Part shown: positions 27,901 through 39,949 of the stretch, piece by piece | Position numbering within the stretch: the first letter of the stretch is position 1 | Layout of the letters: each line of letters begins with the position of its first letter | Source of the DNA: Catajapyx aquilonaris | Taxonomy: Eukaryota | NCBI GenBank assembly: GCA_000934665.2 | Contig: KZ538031.1 | Location: 1 to 64,000 of the forward strand | DNA: 64,000 nucleotides | Direction: 5' to 3' | Notes under the pieces: generated by a model | What the model was told of the DNA's origin: nothing | Database searches by the model: none | What the model saw: the letters and a program-made list of their open reading frames with translations, nothing else | Program-made: the position numbers and the translations under genes

Positions 27901-30900
27901 TGCATATTTATATTCAGCTGGTTGCAATGCTAAAAGGAACTGTTTGCTGGGGAGGGAATACTTTAATGTTGGCCCAAATCGTATGCAGAAGCCTTACAGG
28001 GGTTGGGATGCAATATTATTCAGGAAACAGTAGTTGGGGAAAGGCTGAGAGGCAAATATCGTTATAAATGTTTCATCTGCCAGAGTACAAAGTCTTAAAA
28101 CATGCAAATTAATCACATAGATTCGACAATCAGATGAATCTTGTCGGAACCTGTCATGTCAATCCGTAACGTAACATCATGTAACGAAAAATGCAGCCTA
28201 AAATTCCGAAAAAAAGTGAAATTGCAGTCCAAATATGTGGCCTAAATAACTGAAAAAGTAGGGCAGTTTACAACAAACGCGTGTATAGGTAACATCACCT
28301 GGGGCAACCTGAGGGCAAGAACCCTGCGCTCATTACCTGCCAGCGAATGTCAATTAAAAGGTTACCGGCTCGTCCCGGAAATAATAAATGAATCGATCTG
28401 CAAAACAAGCAAGGAAACGAACCGAAAAATTTTAATATTTTGAAAACAGTGGTTGTAGGAACATATCCAAAATGTATACATCTGTTACGTAATATTCTCC
28501 TCTTAAATAACACCTAGCAATGTAAACAAAGCGTGCCAAATTATTATTTACACTGCATGAAACGAGTCTGAATGAATCACAGGATAATTCCGCTCAAGTT
28601 GTAGCAAATCCACAACAAATTTCAGCTCACAACATCAACCGTGGCGTGGCCAAACCCCTCCCAAATCGCACATTGAATCGACTCTAGACGATGTCGGGTC
28701 CTAAGAATAACCCTAACCCAAGCCCAAAATACAAGTCCCCCCCTCTCTTCTTTTTCTTTCTTTTTTTTTTTTGCAAAAGGCAGTTGACATCCGAATGTGC
28801 TAAAGTGCCCTCGGGACCTCCTGCTCGCATCATTTACATCTCTATTCTGCCTGCGAAAAAAAAAAAAAAAATAGCCGCGCTTATCTAATTACAAGGGAAC
28901 AAATTGGCTCAAATCGAAGCCAATCGAGGCAAATCGCCTTTCAGCACATAAATCAATAGAGAATCACTTCAACAACATGCATCACTGTACAAACCTGTGA
29001 TCAATATTTAAGCGTCATGAAATTCGACCACGCGTACAGTATTCTCCGAACAGGTTCAGGATAAGGCTGATAGTAGGCGTATTTCCTTGTAAGTACTGAT
29101 ATACGACATGAGAAGATTACAGGCTTCTTCTTAAATTTATTATTAAAACAATTCGCATCTTCCTCCTATATGGGCGAAATGCTAGTACTTCCAGTCAGCT
29201 TTACGAGCCAACAAATCAAGGATACCTATATGCACTTTAAAATGCAGGATTAGTCTCGCCTGATTGACCTTCTCTATTCGGCCCATATGTACCCTGGCAT
29301 GCAAATCGCCTCAATTTTCTCGCCAAATAAAGTCACATTCTAACCAGCGGCGATCGGATCACATGCACCCTAACTCTAAAAAAGGGTCAAGTGCTTCTTG
29401 AGATGCAGGCCTTGAGCCACTAATATATGATAGGCAAAAGGTGGACAAGAACAACCATGTGCGACCCGTCAAGTGCATATAGGAATATTTTCACCTGAAT
29501 CCAGTTCCGCTCTCTTCAGATGACCTCCATATTCGCTGGGCTCTTCCCCCATTAGAAGTCCCCGTCAAGCAACACACTCTAATTATTATAGTATCGAGTG
29601 GTTCGGAAAAATCCATACCCTTTTATCCGTAATGAGTTTTGAAACCTGCTGCATGAGATTCTATTTTGGGGTCCAGAAGTCGCGGGAGGCTTGCGGAAGT
29701 GACGTTCATTCGCATGGCATTGACAAAAAAAAAAAGTTGAGTACCACACAAAAAAGTGGTCTCCTTATCCAGCTCTTCCTGCAATTGCTCAACGTTACTT
29801 TTTCTTATACATGACAAGCCTTGACGATTTAACGAGTTCTATAATATTTACAGATGTGTCGAGGTCAGATGGCCAGCACTGTACTTTTTTTATTTAAAAA
29901 TATATTATATTGCCGTCATAAGCTTATTATCAGAGCATGTTACGTTGCAATGTTTTGTATGTGTATAATGATGTGCCGATGCGGGTTATGCTCAGCTGGT
30001 GGTGTCAGGTATACTTGAAATTGCACCTCGTGCTATCAATACGTTCCTGAACTTTGAAACTAACTTGATCCCTTGTTCACGACATAATATGCCCTGCTTG
30101 TTCAGCAACTGTTGGTAATGTCACACCTACTAGGCCGTTCCGGTAAAATTTCTTGGTCGTGTTGCAAGTCAGGGGCTGGCTAATTTTGCACGATCGGAAG
30201 TTGTCAGTACATTTTCCAATAAAACACAGCAATACCCACTGGAACATGCACGGTGATTTTGACACCATCCAATATTGGCAAGCAACCTGTCTGCTTTTAG
30301 CAACATTTTGAACGTTTACTGGTAATTGAGGCCATAACAGTATAACTATACTTTGCATATGTAGCAATTTAGTGCAGCATCCACTGAGAAATGGCATGGC
30401 CAAAAAGAAATTGTCTGATGTTAGCCAACAATTCCTTCAAAAATTCCACACATTTTGAGCCAACTTGGCAAGCCATATGTCAAAGCTACTGGAACTCATA
30501 AGACTATACGATCTGTTATAAAAAGCAACTGACATTTTGAAAGATCGATGCAGCAGCAAACCATGGCACAGGGGCAAACAGTGACAAGCTACTGCATATA
30601 CTGGTTAAACTCTATGTACGCAACAGGTCTGATGAGGGTCTAACACACTGTGGCAAACCGCAATGAACAGTGCACGGAGTACAGCAAATGTGTACATGGG
30701 GAGATAAAAGCAATAATTTCGCATTGGTCATCATCCAGCAGGAAAACAGCAAGCTAAAAGCAGAGTGCCACACAAATATTAAACAAAAAGGAAGCACTCC
30801 ATTACAATGACTATAGTGGAGCAGATTTTGATTTTCTAATGGGTAAACAAAAGACTACAGAGGAACATGGCTGCAAATGGCCCAAAAATAAACTTCGCCG

Positions 30901-33900
30901 CTATATGTTGCTGCCATTTAAAAATAAGTGTTTTTTTTTAACATAGCAATGTGCTCTCCATGTTGCCTCACTCTGTACTACGTATATCCCCAAATACGAA
31001 CATAATGACTCTAATTCAATTAATGCGCTGGCGGGTTGGAGAAAGAAAGAAAAAAACTAGCCGACCATGCGAAATGCACTGCTAGCTTCCTGCAAATTAA
31101 ATGCACCTGACAATGCTGGTTAAATAATTACAGTTTCTACTCAACGATATCATTAACAGATGCATGGGTGTATATGTATAACTTGACTATATTAGCTTGC
31201 GACCAATATTAGGGTACGACATACATAATCATATCACATGGCAATAAAAAGACGACAAAAAATATGAAAAACTACTGATATAGTACAACACTGTGCAGTA
31301 GGTCATTTAATTTGTAGATAGCCTCATGTTTATTCGGTGATAAATTGTGAGCCTGATGCTGAACTACACATTTTTCCACTCTATTTCCTTCAACATGGGC
31401 TTGTAAAAACGGTTATTTATAAAGTGCTGCATTTATCTGTTGCTCAACCGTAATGACAGTTGGCATCGAGAAAAACAAATATATTAATGATCGCTTTTGC
31501 CTACCGGGAAGGTCTCGTTACGTTTTGCCGTTTTGGCCCGATACAATTACAATAGTTAGTTGCACAGCAGTGGAAGAAACAGCTTTTCTATCCTTGAAAT
31601 TTTATCCTAGCCATTTTATTGCGGAATACGACCAATAAGATACATGCGAGCACGACAGCGAATGTAGATATTATCTACGGAGACTTGAAAGGACATTTCT
31701 GGTATGCTCCGTTCAAGTCGCAAGGTTAAGTCCCACGCTATACTTTCAAAATATACCAACTGTTATAGGTGGATTGCGTTGAAACATTCCATTACTTATT
31801 TACTGCACAAGGTAGCGCCTTGAATTGATCAGAAATATTACGGGTCAAATAAATGACATGGAGGTGGCCCACTTATTGCTCAGTCACATGCAACATCACC
31901 ATACGAGGTTACTACTTCCTTGGCATTTGCTACTTTCGTCAAAAAAGTTATAAACCAACAACAACAAAAAATAACCGGATGGTAGACAACCATTGACTGG
32001 TGGTTTACCTTCGCTGCATATACAAGTAGCATGTTTCCTATAGCAGTTAAGCGTCATGCGGGATTTATACATGCACACTCATTACTCATTAGAATGAGCG
32101 AGAAATTGTTTACTGTAGTACACTTACTGAATCCCAACATCTTTCTGTTGCAATTAATAAAACCAGCATACATCGTCCAGTGATTACGTACGCACGGCCG
32201 GTTATTTCGGATTTCTTCTGACGTCAGTCGCGTCACCTACGTGCTTAAAAATGAATGGCTAATGACATAACACCGGTGACGCTTCGAATGGTACAAGTCC
32301 TTATCACACAATGGTACATGTACAGGTTCGTTGATCCCCCACCGAGAGGAATCCCCGAGACTGAAATAACATTTTATGCATCCATTTCTGCAACAATGAC
32401 GTGATTGACGACTACGTGTCCTAAATATTTACGCAACTTTTTTTTGCCATTATCATAGTCCCCAATATTGATGATTATGACATATCTACAATGCCATGTT
32501 CCAAATTTTCTTACCATGATAATTACACCCCCCGTGGGCCTGAAAATGTCCAGCATGCCCGCCAGAATTTCCGGAAAAGGGAAGCCCCCCCCCGATAAAA
32601 ATCTCCGATCGGCACTAGGAGACGGCCAATCAGAATCCAGCACGTTATACCGGTGGGGTAGAGGTGGGGGGACAATTCCTCGTACCGATCAATTACCCGT
32701 GCTCCCCAATAAATGTTCAGCATCGCTGTAACTTCTATACCGTACCAAAAAAATAATATCCTCTCGACGCAATTCAGATTAATTCGTATGCAAAGGTGAT
32801 CAAGGCCTACAGATTTAATAGCCTCAACTCACGACGCAATTGCGACCACGTGACTATGGTCAAGGTGACGCCTGTGTCGCATATTTTAAAACAAATTGTC
32901 GATGCCACGTGTCATATCAGATCATCTGCACTGTGTCTTGAAAGGGGTCAAACCATATGAACGATAACGTATATAGTAAACATCGCCCGAACATTAGGAG
33001 GCGATTAGGTATATATATAAAAAAGAATAAAAACACGTGGGTGTATTATTACATCAAGGTTGCAACGGTAGGTTGCTAATCGTTCAGCTCCGATTCCTGT
33101 TGGCAAAATATACGGTAGCGGCACCCAGTTGTCATTCGAGGGGGTTCCGTTTCCTGCAACACCCCGTTATATTGCAGCAAAATGCGAAACAAAAAAAAAG
33201 AGTAAATCGTGAATTCAGGTGGCGGCCAGCCGTGACGCGTTTTGCAAACCAGATCCGATAATTGGGGTGTACCTTGTCGCAGGGTCTCACCTTGACCCGT
33301 TACTTCTTTTTGTCAACTGTACCCAACCCGGTGATGTCACCTTATGCAAAAAAAAATAATGCTTGGGACCATTTTTGGCGGGAAAACTCCCATGTTGCAA
33401 CCACGTGACCGGTTTTAGCACCCCGGGTTTTAACTTGGATGTGCAACTATGCGGAAGCTTTGCATGGCTATAACGAGCCCTTGGACGCAAATATGTGCGG
33501 TGCATCGACCCGACTGCAGTCAGAGCCAACAATAAAATGCAAACCAAATGTTTTGGGGGGTAGTGTGAAAACAAAGTTTGTCACGATTGCAAGTTCAAGG
33601 CTGCACATATGCTACTATGCTATGTTCTGCAAAGTGCTTGATAACATTACTCATGTATGTAAATAAAACAACCTTGGCAAACATCCCCCCCCCCCTTTTC
33701 TCTTCCAACCACGTTTTCCGGAGATATAACACACTGCTGATAAATACTGCTTCTCATCTGCTGCAATGTGCCACAATGCCCTCCATTATGTACCGTTCCA
33801 CAAGTGAATCTCTCTATTTGTTGTCAATCAAAGCGGCATCATTTGTCCCTGAAATCCCTCATATGGGTACACGTATGTAGGTGAATAAATAAAAAAAAAT

Positions 33901-36900
33901 TGCGCGTTTCATACCAGCACAAGGTCGTAGTATCATATAAACTAGTACAGCATACACCAAATTATTATTGGCTTGCACTAATTCTACACTTGAATTAGCT
34001 CAGTTTATTCAAAAATTAGCGTTAATTTTAACCCCAAAAAATTCATATGGGCATATGATAAACACCAAATTAAAATAGCATAGTATATAGGTTATAGTTA
34101 CAAAAAATATGACTTCGTCTTGATATTGATATACTCCAGTTATTTATGGGTTGTCAACATGGCGACATGCGATCGTCATACACAGACGTACTTGCATAAA
34201 TATTCACCTTTGCATGTGACCCAACTTAAGGTCATGATTCTTCACTTGCAAGGACGCCACGAGGGGGATTACTGGTAGTAACTAGACATTTTTTTTTTTT
34301 TTTTTTGCGTAACCTCTGCATGACATCGAGCCAAAACTGTTTTCGCCATAAAACTACCTCATCCTGCGAAATGATTCCAACTATTATCCGCCACGTGGGT
34401 TTAACGCTTTTCACCTACTGACCACTCACACCTTCTAGGAAGAAAGAAGAAGACAGAAAAGCACAGCACGCCAAGAAGAAACGGTGCTAAAACCTGCAAA
34501 TTTGAACCAGTTTTTTTGTTCTCATACGTGGTCTCCCTCATTACCAATTCTGAAGGTGTCGTTATTTTTTCGCGTGTCGCACTCGTTTTATTTACCGACG
34601 GGGGTGCATTAACCGTAACAGTAATTCGCCCCCTAAATTAAGATACGCTGATAAGACCTGAGGCGTTGACATTTTTAAAAGACCTATTCCAATTATGAGC
34701 AGGTTGTATCAACCTGACCCTGTACATTCCAATGTGTAGCTCTAGGTTAACCAGTGTGATCAATAAATGAAAATAATTAATTAATTAATATGACAACAAC
34801 ATGTGTCAACCTCATGAAAACATAATTCCAGCACTTACTGGACATTACGCATGTACATGCATTTTGCAGCTTATAGAGTGACCTGTCCAGTTTCGAAAGG
34901 CGACCTACGGCAATTCCAGTGCCCTTAAAAAAAAAAATCCTTGTTTACCTTTAGTGGGTTAATCAATCCCAGGGACTTTCTCATTCCAAACCGGGCAACA
35001 GGTAGCATTTTTAGGCTGTGCAGGTTGCCTTCCAGAGGAAAAACCCATTTTATGAAAATCATGTTTACGGTCAAATAATTTCCCATCTTACTGCTAGGGA
35101 ACCCTATCCAAATGTACATTTGGATAGGACATTGGAGAGATTGGGCTGGAAGTCAACAGTATGAATCGTGCCATGCAAAAATGCTGGCTGAACTTGCAAA
35201 CATCCTGCAGAAGATGAAAGTATATAGTTTAGAGATACCCTAATCATGGGAGTGTTTTGTGTGCAAATACAATTCAAATCATGCGGAGGGGGGCTCTTGT
35301 GTACCATTGGATTACAGTTTAGGCTTCGGCATTTTGAAGGGATACTTATGGTTTGTTTTTTTTAAAGCTGGATTAAATCGATCTGGGTTGATTTATATTG
35401 ACTCGCTTGTGCAACTATAATCTATGTGTATCCCCTGTCAGGCAAACTACTTGCTTCATCTTTTTTAAAGGTCCAACTTTATACCATGATGTATACTTCC
35501 TATTTTAATTTTTTATCACTATAAAATATCAGAGCTGGGGAGTGCAATGTATCCACAAAATTGAAAAAATGTGAGACGTCACAAGTTAGCCAGTTTAAAA
35601 TTTGCAACAGATTTTATTTCCGACGAAGAATCTCTGACACTCCAGGCAGTACTGGTTTAGCAATTCCTATTTACAAACAGAGCTAAAATTCCCTGAAAGT
35701 AACTTGACCACTACAGGTAGTGAATGTGACATGGCATACACCTACACACACTGGCATCATGTGATATTTTCCATCAAAGAATGTGGAAGCACTCACGCTG
35801 TAAGATATGGTTGGATATTGAGTTCCAACTTGAGTCAGCCTGCATTATCACTACGATTTCTACATAATGTAGAATCATTCCAATCATTGTGTCTGTATCT
35901 TCCATTGTGCACAACTCAAAATGAACAAGGGCATGTTTCAACAGAGCGAGTGTTCTCAGCTGGTTCTTTCTCTTCATGCAAACATCTCATGAAACTGAAG
36001 CAATCCCCCATTAATATTGAATATTCAGATTTTCCTTGCAGCTTTCCTACACAATACCAGGGGTCAAATCTTTAATTTTATGTCCACGTGCAAAGTTTGC
36101 ATGCCAGACTTTCATCTGTGGTGCAAATTGCTTACTCAGAGTGCTTAAATTTTAATCGCTGGGTTTAGCTATGTTAAAAAACAGGACCAACTGCAGTACA
36201 AACTATGCACTCCATGGCTCACTTTGGATTGGAAATTAGAATTTTTGAGTGCAAATTGCACTTTTGCATCTGAATATTTCGCGACCCCTGCAATACTGAG
36301 AGAAAAATATCAAGAAAATAAAATTTGTTGGTAGCTGCCAGTATCATTGGCACAGTGAGCGTTTATCAATGTCATTTTTTATTCCTCCAATGTGTTATTC
36401 TATTTGTGTGTTTTACTTGGCACTAGGCATGAGCAGCCATTTAAAACAGCACAATTTTTTTGATTTTCAAATATTAAATGTTCAATGTTCATGCTTAGGG
36501 GATACTTTCCATGCACATTAGCCGATGGACATAATTAATACTTCCATATTTACGAAAATAATACCTCACTTATTAAATTTTCTTGAGGCAAGTCTGAAAT
36601 TAATGGTCATGTACAGTACTTTATAATACACCATTGATACGAATGCACACCTATCATACGAAACACTTTGGAAATAAATCTTTGAATGAATGAAGGCCCG
36701 AAGGTTGATGGATATTAGGTTTTTATGAAAGTACACAATAGAAAATTCATGCAATTCATTCAAAACATGTCCCCTGATACTTTTTATAGAAACCTCTCAA
36801 AAACATGCCATCGACTCTCTTTCGGGTGTTTGAAAATCACCGATCTACACCAACGCAATCAAGATCGAATTACCTAATGTGACCTGTCAGTGATAGCCCT

Positions 36901-37862
36901 GCGAATTGTGTCAATGTCCATGATGTCTCAACACGATTGCAACAAATCACGCACAGCACCTTTAAAAAAAAAAAATGTCACTGATATCCTCACATGCAAA
37001 CTTAATCGGAGTCACATTATCAGTAGCGTCACTGAAAATATTGACATCTGGGAGAGCAGTGATGCAACTATTCCACCCAGTAAAACAAATCTGGCCCCGA
37101 TCACACATGTTAAAAAAGTAACCCAACTTAATTAATAATGAGTTTGAAGCCACCGATCCTTCAACACCCTAAATTCGTGGAATTGCCATTCCCAGCAATC
37201 AAACATTGATAATGTCAACACACACCGATTACCCTCTGCAGGGCGACACTAATACTGCAACAGCCAGCAACATTAATTAACAACAACGGCACTGATTTCG
37301 TTTACAGTACAAACCCCGGTTATCCGACAGTCCCTGCTCCAGCTATACGGTTTGTCATCAAACACTGTAATGTACTACGCATTCGTTTTGTATTGCTTTA
37401 GTTAAATATAAACACAGTACAGTTGTGTTCCAACCATGCTCCGGTCCTTTGGACGGATAATTAGGGTTCAACTGTATTTACATTTCGTGGGCCAGCACGC
37501 AACAAGATTGAACGTGACAATTATTTGCGGTCATGCCACACAGTGTACGGCTGCAAGTACAACAAAGCACGGTGTGTTCCGACCCAGCATCAGCCGAGGC
37601 ACAGCCTGATGTAATGCACGTACTGGCAACAGTCATTGTGGCACTGATGCAACTTGCACATAATATGTGTGTACCGATCCGTACCTTGGTGTGTGCAGTC
37701 TGCCAGCGTGCAGATGTTGACCGTGGCCTCCAAGAGTGCGAAGACCAGGAGGTACGCCTTGACCGCTGCCCTGCCCCGGGCTGAGGCTCGGAACATGGTG
37801 GCGGCCCCCGATGCTGCTGTTCTTCTACCACTGCGACCACAAGTCCACTCCATGCCCGCCAT
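3905..37862 (-). CDS. TMEM131: Transmembrane protein 131 (ER collagen-secretion factor), ~1758 aa. 22 coding exons: 37862-37685, 20522-20458, 12494-12472, 12386-12303, 12231-12108, 12033-11920, 11583-11461, 11399-11236, 11171-10988, 10533-10425, 10219-9963, 8858-8457, 8282-8091, 7929-7695, 7491-7116, 7038-6796, 6734-6595, 6537-6002, 5886-5470, 5349-4968, 4900-4071, 4003-3905
   Basis: All junctions are GT-AG and phase-compatible, total 5277 nt. Signal-peptide-like exon 1 (AYLLVFALLEATV), then AFIQTDNELRYL, FDPPSLDFKE, NTSFDVVFLAREEG, PNPYRLRPF, EMYSSGGNLHLELP, FTARNVGNLPI, CEGYGF, FTPDFTLSRV. A TM helix (IYYVMVSVMIIVLFAVLGAAAF) precedes a low-complexity tail ending AFDPFRSMSDIWAP. Exons 1-3 are less certain than the rest. 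Confidence 0.93.
13005..14260. mobile_element. Mariner-derived foldback MITE (two inverted copies of a mariner 3' end)
   Basis: TA TSD (13003-04, 14261-62), CGAGGCGC...GCGCCTCG ends, and ~390-bp imperfect inverted arms. The left arm read on the - strand translates to DLEPSDYYLC..KKWLAKHNVDNEEELQSSVQ..LAADFYDIGIQN..KCLDLAGNYFEK, a decayed mariner transposase C-terminus (YSPDLAPSDY motif onward). Confidence 0.85.
13752..14087 (+). mobile_element. tRNA-derived SINE inserted in the right arm of the mariner foldback
   Basis: 11-bp TSD ACATACAAAAT (13741-13751 and 14088-14098), A-box-like TGGCAGAGATGG (13767), B-box GGTTCGACCC (13800) and an (AGA)n tail. The insertion is absent from the mirror-image left arm. 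Confidence 0.85.
22179..22376. mobile_element. MITE, TA-flanked (Tc1/mariner-pogo type likely)
   Basis: TIR AGGTGAAGTGGGGTAAGTGCATA...TATGCACTTACCCCACTTCACCT. Inner inverted block GGCCGCCATATTGGAATGAAAATGGCTGAC/GTCAGCCATTTTCATTCCAATATGGCGGCC. TA on both sides, and a 17-bp tandem duplication in the left arm. Confidence 0.85.
36058..36290. mobile_element. hAT-like MITE
   Basis: CAGGGGTC...GACCCCTG ends, flanking direct repeat CAATAC on both sides, and repeated internal GTGCAAA motifs. Confidence 0.65.
37305..37474. mobile_element. Tigger/pogo-like MITE
   Basis: TA|CAGTACAAACCCCGGTTATCCG...CGGATAATTAGGGTTCAACTG|TA: imperfect TIR with TA TSD. Confidence 0.75.
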
Positions 37863-39949
37863 ACTGGTTCTGATTCTCCCGAGTCCGCCCGCGATGACTC
37901 TTTCTTGCTCTTGCTCCGTGTGTGCTGCGGCAGGGGGCAGCCCGGGCGCGGGAAGGACAGACCACCAGAGGGGCAGGCCAACAGGGGGCGCGGGGAATCT
38001 GCACGGAATTGGATCATGCACTCAATTATTGGTAATTGGGATTAAATTTAATTGCCAATTTGGTCCCATTTGCATTAAAATTGATTGCAGGTGTGGACAT
38101 CTGGAGGGCCACTTTTGGATCACATGGCGCCACTTTTGGATTTTGCAATTTTTTTTAAAGGGGGGGGGGTGTCCAGTACAGTGCAGATTTTTCGCATGTG
38201 TTCCAAGACGATGCCCACATTGCAGTTGATTTGGTCGGTTTTGTCGGATTTGCTATTGAGGTTGGGTCCTATTGTTGCGGCTACAATGCGGCTGAAGGTG
38301 TGCGTGGGCTTTTCGGGTGAATGAGCGGGCGTAATAAAAGAGGAGGACAGAAAGACAGGCGGAGAGATGATGAAGCAAGGTGGGTGGGTTTATTGTCACA
38401 GGAAGGGGATAACCACAGGGCCACTGTATGAAAACAACAGGCAGTAAAATTCACAAGGCACTGAACTAGCTTATAAAGCGACTTTTCAGAATTTTTTTAT
38501 TTTCATTTTTACTACAAGCAGTGCAAAATCACATGTTTAAATATAAACCCTTGTGAAGACATATTTTTTTGAGTGCTACTCTCACTTTTGTATACTTCTT
38601 TTGTGCAAGCATATCTTCCAGCTATACCTCAAATTACATTGCATATTCTCGACAATAAATATTTGTTTCATCATTCAGCTTCGTACAAATCCACATTTTT
38701 TTAAAAAACACACACATTTCACTTTCACAACCATTTCTGCACCACCCAAGAAACTCAAAGGCACTTACACACCACAGAAATATGTGACTAGCAGTACCAT
38801 GCATCAGGATTAAGATTGGATGCTCGAGTGAAGTTTAATACTACTCAGGGTCAGTTGCACCAGGTTCGATACATTAGGATTCTCTGATTTCAAGGACATT
38901 CACTAATATTTTACAGCAATAAAAAAAACATCCATTAAATCTCAGATTCTTGATTTATCCAACATGGCGCAACCTCCCCTTAGACATAATTTAGATCCAG
39001 ATATAATTTATGTACGTTCCAGATATGTAGAATGAATAGTGCAATACTAATTATTCTTTGTACCTTCTATCTGTGAGTGCCCAAAAAGGGAGAAATGCAT
39101 GGGAGTGCATAGAGAATATTGCTAAGTTTGAATGGATTTCTTGTGTATTCAATTCCTATACACTCAACTCCAGCTCAAAAACCACCATGGAATCAGCCAT
39201 TGAGCCCAAGTTAGAGGTCAGAATTACGATTAAGCAAGGCTCTGTAAAAGGAAGCGTATGTCGTGGTGCCAAAAGTAAGGCAAAGATATTATTTTATTGC
39301 AATCCATTTGTCCTAGTTTAGTTGCTAATACTTTAAATAATACACTTATGATATTGCATATCATTACAATGCTGATGATCTCAATTTTAGGATTTCACCA
39401 CTCATTGTCCTGCTTCACAACTTCATGGCATCCAAACTCCCGTCACCAAACACATGAGCTTCAGCAGCTATATTGGTAAGCAAAATTGGACTCTTCTCTG
39501 ACTTGAATACGAAAATTAATATTTTGAGCCTCCCAAGTTTTCAAGGCAAATGCAGTCTACTTTCAAAAAGTGAGTAGTATATGCCAGGAATGATTTATCT
39601 CACTACTGAAGAACTTCAGAGATCCTCACAGCTAAAAATAAATACAAAGTCAGTATCCAAATTGATCAAGGGTCACAGTTGACACAGGTGCTGCCACAAG
39701 ATGAATTATTCATCACTTTTAACAATGGAAGGACTTTAATCTAGATGATCCGAAAGGCTTGTTTTTTCACCCAGCATAATGCAGTATTCCGGCTGCCCCA
39801 AATTTATGTAAGCCATCTGGAAGCAGGGCCAAAAATAAATACCACCCTTACATCAAATCCCATCCTGACACATGACACTATCCCCAAACCATCTCTTAGT
39901 GGACTAGCAACACAAAATGGAATGAGACCCATGTCCACCCAGGTAGCTT

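Noticed and set aside
30170..30478. Degenerate CAGGGGCTGGC...TTGGCAAGCC hAT-like ends
   Set aside because: Too decayed and no TSD.
37478..38229. 179-aa and 191-aa ORFs over the TMEM131 first exon
   Set aside because: Alternative-frame or antisense products of a GC-rich 5' exon. Only the MAGMEW...HQ frame splices to exon 2.
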